Notes: generated by a model not told the origin, from the sequence alone. 62,899 nt of DNA, filler included, from Stramenopiles sp. TOSAG23-3 (GCA_900128585.1; 24 parts of 24 records of this genome joined end to end with filler, not necessarily neighbours in it), one strand, 5' to 3'; positions 46,366 through 58,524 are shown, counted from the first letter of the whole stretch. Numbers and translations: made by a program.

Positions 46366-47233
46366 TCAATCGTTTCGCCTTTTTGCAAATCTCAAATCAC
46401 GCTGTATTACTACCGGGTTTCCTTCCCACGACGGTTCCTCCCACTGACTCTCCCCAGTAACTCTGTTGTAGAAATAAGTACGACTGTACGTTGCGTCCCA
46501 ACACGCTTCCCATAGATTGGTGTCGTACTGACTGGGCGATGCCATGGGCATGCTTGGTTCTTCTTCCATGTCTAAGTTCTCAAAGACATCATCACCAACA
46601 ATATTTGTCAACATGTCAGCCCAATGGTTTGGTTTCCACGGTGTCCCGTCAAAGAGCATTTTGTCGTTCCGACGTCTTTTACGCTTCTGAACCCTTTTCT
46701 TTGCTTGCCTTATCAAATGCTGAGCAAGCATACCTCGTTGCTTTCTCCAAATGTACTGAATAAGAATCGCGCTCTGCTCCAACTTTTTACGCTCTTCTTC
46801 CGCAAATTTTCGGGCCATGCGCTTCAGGTGCATCGGGACCAAGTTTTTTGATCTGCGATACATGTACTGGATGTAGAGAGCGGCGGTCGTTAACTCTTCC
46901 ATCCACTCCCTCTTGAATCGCTCCGCAATTCGTCTCATGTGCCTGTGCAACAAGCCTCTATTTTTTCGATAGACGAACTGCAGAAAAAAGCAACTGTTTA
47001 TTTCCTTTTGACGTTGCTCTTCCTCTAGTGCCTTCATCCGTCGTTTCATGTGCAAAACCATTTGCCCTTTCTTTCTTCGCCACGCCAATTGGATTGTAAG
47101 CGCGGCAGCTTCCATTTCCGCTTCCTCATCCATCATTCTCTTTTTCATGTTGGCAACCATTTTTTTTGCGTCCCGCCGGCGCCAAGCATTCTGTATCATA
47201 ATCGCGGCACGCGTTTGTTCTTCTTCCTCTGCT
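46366..47233 (-). CDS. IQ-repeat calmodulin-binding protein with C-terminal WW domain (5'-truncated)
   Basis: IQNAWRRR, IQLAWRRKKG, IQYMYRR, IQYIWRK; WEACWD..YFYNRVTGESQWEEP. Confidence 0.9.
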
Positions 47234-47718
47234 NNNNNNNNNNNNNNNNNNNNNNNNNNNNNNNNNNNNNNNNNNNNTTAATTAATTAANNNNNNNNNNN
47301 NNNNNNNNNNNNNNNNNNNNNNNNNNNNNNNNNATTCTGGATAGACTTGCAAAGGATTAGACGTCTTTCGAACGGAGGTCTATGTTTACGTAACTTCCGG
47401 TATAATTGGATTAAAGTTTTAAATTTTAATGAAAGGTACAAAATAAAATATGTTTGTAAAATCTATATTATCATATTTGAAATAAAAAACAAGAGCTTAT
47501 AGTTTTTTTCAAATTTTTATTATATAGTTTATTAATAGCTACCGATTCGGATCGTGCATGGAGTCCATCTATTGATTAGTAAAACCACAAGAGCAAATGA
47601 TAAGTTCGAAATTTAGAGTTCAGTTCGCAGTACATTAATATTAATTTTACCTAAATAAACAGCCACAATTTTCTTGTTTTTATTATATGATAGTTTTAAA
47701 ATTCAGCCCCATACACAT

Positions 47719-49560
47719 TTACCATGCTTTTTCGTTTTTTATATCTCTTTTTACAACTTCACGCTTTGATTCCAATGTGTAAAATAAAGTTCGCGCCGCG
47801 ATGGCATCTTCCAACAAGAGAACGACAGAATATTTTAATCGATCGCTTCCTTTCACATAAAATGTTATTTTGCCAAGTTGAAGAACATCGTATAACTTTG
47901 CATTGTCCTTTTTTGTGCAACAACAACAGCATATGCTTGACATCGCACCCCGTAATCCTTTTTTTCCAAGTAGTAAAATGGCTGAACTTAGCAATGCGAA
48001 TCCAGTTACTTCATATAGCCAAACCACTATCAACTCAAACGCGTCCTTATGCTTGCACCACGCGCATTCGTCACATGCTGCGCTTTTAAACACCGACTTT
48101 TTTGGGCATATATACCCATCTTCTGCAGGCTTCTTCTCTTCCGTTTCTTCTTCCTTCGTTTCTTCTTCCTCGGCGCAATACCAGTAATTTTTGTTCTTGT
48201 CGACACATTTACATTTAGTTATGTCATTGAAATGTTCCGCAGCGGCAAACTTTGTTTTCTTACACGTTGAAGTCTTATTTCCTTCGCTTAAGAAACGTCT
48301 GTGGCCACCCTGTCTCAGTTTCCGTTGAATATCCCAATGAGCTGTGAAAACTTCCTGAACCGCTGTTCGATTTGGTCCGTATATATCAATTCCCTCAAAC
48401 ATTTCCGGTGGAGGAATTTCATGCGGATATAAACTTCGACGGGTCAGTCGGCGTTCACCACTTTCTGCTCGATATCGTAACGTTGCACCCATAGGGTCCA
48501 ACCAAGTTAGCGAAGAGATCAGGAGCAGAGCAAAATACAGCGGCCCAATGATTGAGGTGAATCCAGTAGCGCAACAAAACCATCTGCAGCTTCGTTTGTA
48601 TCTGTTGTATTTTTTCTTTATGTCTTCTGTAACAGCGGCCCTGCCGCTTGATTGATCCAGCCGACCATAATTGTTTTCTTGTATCGGCACCGGAATTTGC
48701 AATACGGTGTGTGGCAAGGCTCCTTGTGGCACTTCCACTTCCACTGTTGATCCATTTGCAAGTGGCACCGATAATTTGGTGCCGGGCACTGCGCCATCAG
48801 GTATTTGCACTTGTACCGTGGGCGCTGGTTGTGATTCCTTTGGCACTGGATTCTGTTCTTCCTGTTGTTTTAGCAACTGCTTCATCGTACCCAGTGTCTT
48901 ATATTTCTTTCTTGCTTGAGTACATGCGCTGATTATCAATGGACACAGAAGTATTATGAAACTTGGCAACATATGATACAACACTACATTTCCTACAATT
49001 ATAGTATTCAACTGCAGAATACCGACGTACCATGCTATTTGGAAATTGATCAAAATGTATACTTGCCAGCTAGCCCAAAGCAGCATCGTGAACCAGTTGT
49101 AGAACTTAAATCCTTCATTTTCATTTGGTCTTCGCTCCAATACATCAAATGTTTCCAGTTCCAAACGTTTCACATCATAAGAAAATATGGAAGATGATTT
49201 AACTGGCCCAAATAGCCATTCATTTTGTGCACGTATGTTGTTGAGACAACAACACGTAATCCACAAAGAGTGCCACAACTTATTTCCCATTTCTTTTGCA
49301 TACGAAAATCGAAGCTCTTTCTTTGAAATCACTAAATGGTTTAGTTTCGGTTGATAACTCCACCAACAACAGTCTTTTTTTGAGAAATATATCCCCGGTT
49401 TGTAAAATTGTTTTCTACGTTCCCGATGTTGAAACGTAGCAATCTCGTTACCATTCTCTTCGATCCCACATTTTACGTCCATGTATTCTGTGGATATTTT
49501 TTGCATTTGCCGGCCGTCATCGAACGCATTGTTGAAAATGCCTTTTGCTGCCTCTGCCAT
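47719..49560 (-). CDS. Multi-pass membrane protein with Cys-rich loop
   Basis: 613-aa ORF; several TMs; VQIPDGAVPGTKLSV..VEVPQGALP module. Confidence 0.8.
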   Translation of the reverse strand: MAEAAKGIFNNAFDDGRQMQKISTEYMDVKCGIEENGNEIATFQHRERRKQFYKPGIYFSKKDCCWWSYQPKLNHLVISKKELRFSYAKEMGNKLWHSLWITCCCLNNIRAQNEWLFGPVKSSSIFSYDVKRLELETFDVLERRPNENEGFKFYNWFTMLLWASWQVYILINFQIAWYVGILQLNTIIVGNVVLYHMLPSFIILLCPLIISACTQARKKYKTLGTMKQLLKQQEEQNPVPKESQPAPTVQVQIPDGAVPGTKLSVPLANGSTVEVEVPQGALPHTVLQIPVPIQENNYGRLDQSSGRAAVTEDIKKKYNRYKRSCRWFCCATGFTSIIGPLYFALLLISSLTWLDPMGATLRYRAESGERRLTRRSLYPHEIPPPEMFEGIDIYGPNRTAVQEVFTAHWDIQRKLRQGGHRRFLSEGNKTSTCKKTKFAAAEHFNDITKCKCVDKNKNYWYCAEEEETKEEETEEKKPAEDGYICPKKSVFKSAACDECAWCKHKDAFELIVVWLYEVTGFALLSSAILLLGKKGLRGAMSSICCCCCTKKDNAKLYDVLQLGKITFYVKGSDRLKYSVVLLLEDAIAARTLFYTLESKREVVKRDIKNEKAW

Positions 49561-50349
49561 TATCTCGTTTGTCCTTTTTCTTTTGATCGGTACTTTCAGC
49601 TCTTTGTTGTTTTAAACAGACTGTGCGTGATTTGGAGAGGACGAAAATATTAATCAAGATGTTAAGCATGAGGAGGCAGAGATCAAAATGTCTCAATATC
49701 TGTGCAAAAATAAACTACCGTATCAATAGAAATAGACACTAGCTATACGGACGCGTAGGATCATCGTTACGTGGTGGGCAACAAGAGTCCAAACTCCCAA
49801 CTCCAAACGTTTTTTATTTTTTTGAATTTTCTTACATCGTATTCCCATNNNNNNNNNNNNNNNNNNNNNNNNNNNNNNNNNNNNNNNNNNNNTTAATTAA
49901 TTAANNNNNNNNNNNNNNNNNNNNNNNNNNNNNNNNNNNNNNNNNNNNACACCACCTCGGATTCATAACCCTTGCCCTAACACTAAACGACAAAAAACCC
50001 TACACAAAACACCAAAAAAAAAAACAACCCTCCAGAAGGGAGACCTTCCAAACCCATATTATGATTTATATAACAGTTATAGCCACAATTCTAGATTTCA
50101 ATTGGGTGGACTTAGGTGAAAAAATAAAATCTGGGTGAATTAAAATGAAAAACATCAAACATCACACTTTTACTGGAAAAAAGGAGCAGATTCATTGCTG
50201 TGGTTCATGAGACCAATTTTTTGTTATTACTATTTGTTGTTGGGTTGGAACTGAAATAGTAGTTGATTTTAAAAAAAAGAGTCTTAAAGGATACTATATA
50301 ATTATGAGAGTCTTAAAACATACTATATAATTTGTTTTTTTTTATAATT

Positions 50350-52462
50350 TTAAGAGGTATTAAGAAAAGCTGTTGTCTGATCAGCGTTATTGCCCCGCTC
50401 AAGAAATCTCTTAATCGCCCCAACTTTCTCCATCATATCCTCCAACGAATGATAAGGTTTTCCACTTAAGCACTTGTGCAACCTACCAAGATGGATTAAA
50501 TTTTCCTCTTGCTTCTCACGTTCATTGATGTTCATTTTGCTGGATGTTTCTGATTCATTTTCAAGTTGTGTCTTCATTTCTTCCAGCTGCTGTTTCACGT
50601 CGTTTATTTTTGCCTTCTTTAATTGTGTTACCTCCTCTGACAATTTGATCAAGCGATCAAGCTGAGATTCCAACGGTTGAACCCCATGTGCCTGAAGGCC
50701 CTCGCTACGTGCTCTCAACTCATCAAGGTTGTTCTGATGCTCGTTAATAAACTCTTTTATTCCTGACGACAACAGCGCTTCAAGCTTATTCCGCTCATCA
50801 TTACCCTCCAACTTTTTGAGGTTGTTTAAAAGTGATTTTGCATGCTGTACTTTTGACTGATGAACTTCACACTTGGACTGAAAGTCATCGCGACTATTTG
50901 AAAGATCCTCGTTCATTTCCTTGCTTTCCTGGACAGCCCTATTTCTCAGTCGTCGTGTCTCCTTGATTTCGGCGTGCTTGTTTCTTACCTTGGCAATCAA
51001 CTCTGCAACATCATTCACTGGCCATACTGGTGCTTCTAAATCCTTTGATTCGTTTTTCTTCACAACGTACAGATAGTCTTTGGGCTCATTTCTTATACGG
51101 TTCACGATCTTGACTGAATCTTTGCACTGATTATTAAAGTCGTACTTCATTTCATTAAGGCTACTGCTAACATTTTCTAGAGTCGCCAAAAGATTTTCTA
51201 TACTTTCATCTGCTGCCTTCGCATCATCGTACCGCCTCTTTTCATCTTCCAAAACCAGTGTTAACCCAACAAATTTAGTACTAGTCGGTCCATATTCACG
51301 GAACAAATCTCTTCGGCTTGACTCTATCGAACTGTTGGCATGTTCCATATATGTCCAAATTAGATTCCCTTTTCGTTCAAAGAGTTTGCTGCATTCTTTT
51401 GTAGCTTGTTCCAATTTCGATTCTAAATCGTACGTTTTTGTGATAGAGTCAACAATGTTGGAACACTTTTCTGACTGTCGTTTAATACACTTTTCTAATA
51501 GACATTCTGTCGCTAGATCTTCAATAACTTCTGACAGCAATATATTTCCAATACCTTCCCAAGCTGCTGCTGCAACTGCAAGAGGTTCCCTTGAAAATAC
51601 GGAGACATTGGATGCTCCAGCTTTGCTAAAGACCATCTTTGAAAGGGTTTTGTGGTGATCCTCTTGCCATAGAATGCCTGCGATATTTTTTCTTCCAAGC
51701 TCAGAAAGACGCTCGTTAGGTTCTTTCACCATTATTTCGACAGCTTCTTTTTCCTGCTCAAATGATGCATTACGCCACCCCTGAAAAATACCTGGACAAA
51801 CTACCCAGGGCAATGCACAGTTTGCTTCCCGCGCATTTTGAGACAAGAGTATGAGCGGCTTGGCTTGATGTTCCTGCTTTGTCCGCAGCCTCTTATGTAT
51901 AATACCCGAACGTTCCTCTTCAGCCTTAGCCAGCGACACCAAACTCTTGAGCTCATCCTGAACTGCACTGGAATCCAAGGTTGACTCCATGTCAGAACCG
52001 CCAAAAAGATTCCCAAATTCCTCTTCATCAGGCCAAAAAATACCAAAGTTTTTCTTATCTAGCACACCATCAGTTTTGCATCCAAATGATAATTCAATAT
52101 TTTCCTTTCGCTCACTCAGCTTTTCGAATACACGCATGTACATTAATTCCAATTTACAAACATCGAGATCTTTCCGGTGCTCTGCACTGATCATGTCATA
52201 CATTTTGAAAGAGGCTAGAGTGCTAATCGTTACGATCTTGCTAATTTCAACGGCAGTCTTTTCATGTATCTTGGAATTAGTAGTCTCTCCAAACCTTGGC
52301 AATACAATGGACTGCAGCTGGGATTTATTTTTATTGATAGCAATAATAGTGCAGAGGCTGCACAGTTTTTCCCCAATCTCAACTCTTCTCTTCTCTTCTT
52401 CTTCTTCTTCTTCTTCTTCTTCTTCTTCTTCTTCTTCTTCTTCTTCTTCTTCTTCTTCTTCT
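50350..52462 (-). CDS. Long coiled-coil protein; 5' end unresolved (frame open into (GAA)n)
   Basis: More than 650 codons, heptad-rich. Confidence 0.75.
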
Positions 52463-53000
52463 NNNNNNNNNNNNNNNNNNNNNNNNNNNNNNNNNNNNNN
52501 NNNNNNTTAATTAATTAANNNNNNNNNNNNNNNNNNNNNNNNNNNNNNNNNNNNNNNNNNNNAGTATTAGTTGCACAGTTTTCCATTATTATAATTATTC
52601 TTCTTCTGCTTCTATTACGGTATTTACCAAGGTAAGTCGTCGAAGGAAGAAGAGTAGAAAAGGAGGTTCGCGGGTTGGGTTGGTTTTCTTGTTGTAGTAT
52701 TATTTGTACTTGTGTCCCTGCAAAGAGTATAATAGGTAAAAAAAATAGGAGTTGAGTTTTTCTTCTTCTACCATTAGATTCGTATTATTGCAAGAAACGC
52801 TCGAAACGGTTATACTGTTATTCCCCAAATTATAACCCTAATTATAACATTATTTTCATCATAAAACAAACAAAATAAATATCATCATACCAAGTACTGT
52901 ACAGAGAAATCAGTTCAACTTCGAAAACTGAAGATTGAAGACAAGATCGACTGCAAAGTCAAATAAAGCTTATTTAGATGTAAATGGCAATCGATTGCAC

Positions 53001-53079
53001 GGTACCAGGTACCAGGTACAGGTATAAAACAGGTATTAATACGAATAATACCGGTACCTGGTACCTGGTACCAGGTACC
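53001..53079. repeat. (GGTACCA)n hairpin, 24/25-bp inverted repeat
   Basis: 53001-53025 pairs with 53048-53072. Confidence 0.9.
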
Positions 53080-53405
53080 GTACGTGTACAGCAACAAAAG
53101 GCAAAACAGATTAAAAACACGCGAAAAAGGGCTCCTCCACAACAAAGAATAGATAACATATCATATCATAATATGCGCAAGTATTTGTGGATTAAAACTA
53201 AAATTTTAATAAAATATTACATGTTACTGTCTTAAACAAAACATACTTGTCGTAAGTTAATTCAAGATATTTTGCAGGTAAAGTACTCGCAAATAATTAC
53301 GGGAGGAATTGAATTTTTGATTTGCTCAAGAGGTATTGAGGCAAGTGAAAACTCCAATGTCCATCTGTCCGTTCGTTCCTCCATCGCTTTGTTTCTAAAC
53401 AGAGT

Positions 53406-54371
53406 TTACGCGGTGGTCTTCTCCAAAATCTTTGAAAGCCTTTCACGGTTAGTACGGAGGGTTTCAGAGACAGCGCGGGCTGCCGCTTCTTTCGTGGTCA
53501 GTTTGGAGCCTGGGAACGAGGCGGCACCCGCTTTCTCTGTAGCCTCTGCAAACTTTTCGTAGGAAGTCTTCGCCGTTTCGGCAAGTTCTGGCTTTTCGGA
53601 CAACACCCATTCCACAATGTCCCAGGCCAGCATGGCGTGCCGATGCTCGTCGGTTGCGATAGTCTCGTACACGGTTTTGACGTGGCTTTCCTTCACAACT
53701 TTTGCAACTTCGGCGGCAATTCCGGCCGCAATGCCCTCGTTCATGCAGCCATCCTCCAGGCTCTCCAGCATAATCTTCTCGTAAGAGGTGTCAAATACGG
53801 ACGAATTCACTTTCCGCAAGTTGACGGCTCCAAATTTCAATTCTTTCTCGTCTGGGTTCGCCGTGCGGATCAACCCCAACATTAGGTTTGCGTGGCGAAC
53901 CTCATCCAGTTGTGCCGAGGCAGCCTTTTCCAAGATGTCCATTGGCGCCCCAAGCGTGAACAACTTCAAGCTCAAGTCTGCAAAGGATGCAACCGACGCG
54001 TGCTCGCCAACGGCGGACTCTTTCCATACCTCGATGCGCTGGTCTCCGGTGTCTTGGCAGGTCAGTGGTGCGGACACTGTGTCTCCGTCAACACGGAAAG
54101 GGCGTCCCATAACCATTCGGGGTTCACCAGGGCACCAGCGCGGCAGGGGTGCTGACCAGCAATGTCCCCGGCGACAGATTTCCGAACAGCATTCTGTCCA
54201 CGAGTCGCACTCTTCGCCAGTTCGACCTAGGCCAGGATCGCAAAGTCGGGGCCTCAACCGCCTCAACCGGCGTTCATCCAGTCCGTCCAGCGTGTCCTCT
54301 TCAAAGTAAGCCTTGGAAGACCCCAAAAGGGTGCTGGCAAGTAACGCTGAAAGGATTATTGTTGTTTTCAT
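53406..54371 (-). CDS. Secreted ferritin-like (di-iron carboxylate) protein with N-terminal Cys-knot-like module
   Basis: Signal peptide; GRPFRVDG; EHASVASF..L..LGAP; DEVRHA; DGCMNE; IATDEHRHAMLAW..VEW. Confidence 0.85.
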   Translation of the reverse strand: MKTTIILSALLASTLLGSSKAYFEEDTLDGLDERRLRRLRPRLCDPGLGRTGEECDSWTECCSEICRRGHCWSAPLPRWCPGEPRMVMGRPFRVDGDTVSAPLTCQDTGDQRIEVWKESAVGEHASVASFADLSLKLFTLGAPMDILEKAASAQLDEVRHANLMLGLIRTANPDEKELKFGAVNLRKVNSSVFDTSYEKIMLESLEDGCMNEGIAAGIAAEVAKVVKESHVKTVYETIATDEHRHAMLAWDIVEWVLSEKPELAETAKTSYEKFAEATEKAGAASFPGSKLTTKEAAARAVSETLRTNRERLSKILEKTTA

Positions 54372-54927
54372 ATTCTTAATAGGTTGTTTTTGGTGTTGAT
54401 AAAGGATTTAGTTATGGTTCAATAGTTGGTAAATTTTTAAACAGGGGTTGGCAATTAATTTACTGAACATATATTCAACATTGACCGCAATCTTGTAAAC
54501 TATTAATTACATAAAGGATTGGTGGTTGGTTTCGCTTCTTCTTCTTCTGAATTATATATTTATTGTTTCACAAACAATAATAATTAATTAAAATAATTTT
54601 CTCTGATGATGATTGATGCTGTGTAATGCATATATATTATTATTTTTTGGATATTATTATTATTATTTTTTTACACAAATTAATTAATTGTATTTTTTGA
54701 GTGATGTTGTGTGATGTATTAAAATACTGGACGTTCTTTTCTGTTTTTTTGTTATGCTGTGTAATGTATATGGCCACGCCCCTTCTTTATTTTTTTTCTC
54801 AGAGTTCAAAATGATGATGTGCTGACTTCTTCTAACACATTTTGATGGTATATTGATATTAATAGTACTAGTAATACCAAGTACGAAGTTGACAAAAAAT
54901 GCGCTGAAACCACCCCCCATCTTTTTC

Positions 54928-55076
54928 TCTCTTCTTCTTCTTCTTCTTCTTTTTCTTCTTTTTCTTCTTCTTCTTCTTCTTCATTTTCTTCTTTTTCTTC
55001 TTCTTCTTCTTCTTCTTCTTCTTCTTCTTCTTCTTCTTCTTCTTCTTCTTCTTTTTCTTCTTTTTCTTCTTCTTCT
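54928..55076 (+). repeat. (CTT)n microsatellite at contig end
   Basis: Direct observation; also 52393-52462. Confidence 0.95.
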
Positions 55077-55412
55077 NNNNNNNNNNNNNNNNNNNNNNNN
55101 NNNNNNNNNNNNNNNNNNNNTTAATTAATTAANNNNNNNNNNNNNNNNNNNNNNNNNNNNNNNNNNNNNNNNNNNNTACCTCTATACCTCCCCTCCCTTC
55201 TTCAACTTTAGTCTGGAGGAGAATTAAAAACACAACTAGTGTATATATACACGAAACGTAACAAATTAAAAGTAGATTAAACTCAGTTGCTAACTGCAAT
55301 TGTACGTTCTCTGTCTCTCTCTCTCTCTATCTGCGTGTGTGTCGGGAATCATTCATTCACTTACTCACTCATTCGTTCCGTCCCGTCCGTCCGCCCGCCC
55401 GCTCGTCCATTT

Positions 55413-57336
55413 ATGGGTTCGACTGGCCAAGCCGTTTTGCACGCGGGAGGGGAAGGGGGGGAAGAAGGCAAAGAAAGAAGTTGTACATATTATAAGGCCG
55501 CCGTCCGCCGGGGACGGCCCTGTTTTCGTAAAGACCGCGTTGGTCTCTGCGCTGCGCTGCTGTTTTGCGTAGCCCTGCTAAACTCTCCTACTCGTGCGTC
55601 CGGGGGAGAATTGTTTCGCCAAGAGGAGGGCCACCGCCTCGCACGCACGACGGAGGAGGGACGGGACGGCGACGACGCCTACGCCCGCCACCGCATAGAA
55701 CGGGGCCCGTACGGCTGGCAAATACCGTCCGAGCCGAGGGGAATTCACGTTTGGTCGCCGGGCATGAGCTCCTCAAAACGAACGTACGACAAAGACAGGG
55801 ACTCGCCGTTTGCACCGCCGTACCACGGGAACTGCAACGGGGTAGACTGCCACTCCGGGACGTCCACGCTCTCCCAGCGTGGGTATATTCGGGACCCAGC
55901 ACACCCTCGGGAGCGGAAGTACCTTACCTTGCACGATACGTCGGGGCGGGCGCGAATAACGCAACCGGTGCCCGCTCCAGGCGAAGAGTGCGCCGACTGC
56001 AAAAATAACGGTTACCCGGGGGTGACCGTGGAGAACGCAGCAAATAGTGTCGCGCCACTGTCGACAAGAACGCAGGCGCCATCGACAAATGCGACCGGTA
56101 AAGACGGCCGCGGCGGGAAAGGAAAGGGAACGGGGGCGGGCAACCCAGAGGACGACGACGGCAAGGTGAACCCAGAGGACGACGACGACAAGAAGAAATC
56201 AAGCCCAGACGGTGGCGACAAGGGCAAACCGCCGGCCGGAATGTTCCCGAAAAAGAACGCCCCCGGGGGAATGTTCGCGAAGGGCGGCCCCTCCGCTGCT
56301 GCGGGAATGTTTTCGAAAGAGGGGGGGGGGGGGGGGGGGCATGTCTGCCAACAGTGCGTTCACTGCCAACGTAAAAGATTTGAGACAGGGGCGGACAGAA
56401 GCCTTAACGTTGGCGGACAATGCAAAGTTGGACATCAAGAAGCTGAAAACTGCACCATACGTGCCCGAGGGCATGCCGAATTACAAAAACATGAGCGAGG
56501 TTACGGGAGAAAAGCTAAAACTTGTCAAGATCAGCGATGAAGCGAAGGAGCTTTTGGTTCCGCCAAATCCAAACCTGGACAACATACAGATTGCGAAGAA
56601 GTTGGGCCCGAAAATGAAAAACCTTGCCAGCCTTGGCGATGCAAATGCAGCGTTGATGGCGGCAAAAATGGTCAAAGACGCTAAAAAGGCAATGGATGGT
56701 GGCAGCGGGAGCGGGGAGGGAAGCGGGAGCGGGGAGGGAAGCGGGAGCGGGGAGGGAAGCGGGAGCTGTTCGGGAGGCGGGAAAGGCGGCAAGGGCGGGA
56801 AAGGCGGTTGCAAGAAAAAGGGCGGTATTAACATCCGTGGGATAGGTTTGGATGGTCTTGGGAACATGGTTGAAAACCCAGACCCATTCACCGATTTGAA
56901 TGGCTCCCCGAAAGTCCCGACCGTCGGGGGATCGAAAGAAGCGGACAAACTAAACGAAGAGTATAATACCAACGACATGCCGTCCCCCATTCCCAGGCCA
57001 ACAATTCCATTCGGCGATACGAGTGGTAAGCCTCCACCGAACCCATGTGTGAAAAAACCATTTCCACTTTTACCAGGTATGCCAAGAAACATTACCCAGC
57101 TGCTGCCCATCGGGTGTCACCCCAATTTTGTCGATTCTATGACCAAAGTGGTTGACAAAGTGAAGGATGAAAAGCAGGATGAACAGAAGAAGGATGGCGG
57201 CGGTGGCGATGGGGGAGGCGGCGGCGGGGGAGGGGGCAAGAAAAAGTGCGGAAAGAATATAATTGGAAAAGTCGTATGCTTCATAAAAAAGGTCGCGAAG
57301 AAAGTAGGGAAACATCTGAAGAAGATGCGTCTATAA
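55413..57336 (+). CDS. Gly/Lys/Pro-rich secreted or anchored protein; single gene split by G homopolymer at ~56321-56339
   Basis: ORFs 55287-56540 and 56212-57336 switch at the G-run; hydrophobic VGLCAALLFCVALLN; (GSGEGS)3 repeats. Confidence 0.7.
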
Positions 57337-57787
57337 GCAAGCGCTTTTGTGGTTCAATTTTTTTCGTATAGAGTATGTGTGGCCAATATTACTTCCGTTA
57401 TATTATTATTTATGTCAAGTGGGTATCAATAAATATTATTATATCTTATATAGTAATTTTATAAATAAACAAAAAGACAATAATACATTGAATATAATAG
57501 ACGATATGATGATGTATTATATAAAATACGAATAATAAAAAAAATCCGTTTGCTTCGGTCTTCTTGTTGTTCCCCTGTTGTTTATTTGATGATGTTGTCT
57601 TGTTAGATTAAGCCCTAATTTTACCACCATATCCGAACAAATGTCCGTCTCCTTCCTTTTTTTCTCTGTTTTCATCACTGACTTAATNNNNNNNNNNNNN
57701 NNNNNNNNNNNNNNNNNNNNNNNNNNNNNNNTTAATTAATTAANNNNNNNNNNNNNNNNNNNNNNNNNNNNNNNNNNNNNNNNNNNN

Positions 57788-58524
57788 TAAATTGTTCGTT
57801 CTGGAATTTTTGGAGTTTCTACCAATTTCTAGAAACAGCCGTGGTAGACTACCAACGCCGGTACCTCTTGCTTTCAAGTATTTGCAAACAGCTGCGGCCG
57901 TCCTTGTCCAAGGAAATGAACGTAGTACCGAGGCTATGGGATTTAAGAAAAGGGCTCAACACAGCCGCATACATTGCAACGCGTCAGATGGGAAGAAACA
58001 TCGGCAAGGCGTTTCGTTTGCGGCTTCAATGGATCGTGTCATATGCTTTGTTCCTCGTTCTTTGTTTTTTCGCATCGTTTGTTAGCCTCGCAGTAGGCGA
58101 GGACAAACGAATTGGCATACTACAAGTTTATGCAATTTTTTTTGCAGTTGCTATTGGGCTCTTCTATGTCATCCGGGCATTGTCTTGGGCCAATAAAGCG
58201 AACGGTATCCCGCAAAAAGATGAATTGCAGGCGCTTGACCTGCAGATTTTGCAAGGACACGCGGAATTGAGTACTACATTAATGTTGTCAAAAGAAGGTT
58301 CTGCGAAGCAAGAAATCATTGAAATCGAAAAGAATACTCTGAATAACATCAAACATATCTCAACTTTCATTGAGCGTGAAAATACTTTAAACCCCATTAA
58401 AATTGTTGGGGTAAGGGCAGATTGGAAAATGTTCCAAGGTTTTATTGCAATAGCAATAGGCTTCGTTGCTACAGGCATAGAACTAATTGGCCTGGAAAAC
58501 ATTGTTGGTACCGGTACTCGGTAA
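57788..58524 (+). CDS. C-terminal half of a PHTF-like multi-pass membrane protein (5'-truncated)
   Basis: FLETAVVDYQRRYLL..VPRLWDLRKGLN..R..G..IVSYALFLVL..NPIKIVGVRADWKMF; pattern resembles the PHTF C-terminal TM region. Confidence 0.6.

Noticed and set aside
56321..56339. Possible programmed frameshifts at G/C runs (also ~31936 and ~43907)
   Set aside because: All fall in long homopolymers within Gly codon runs, where indel errors are common; no slippery-site plus structure signal seen
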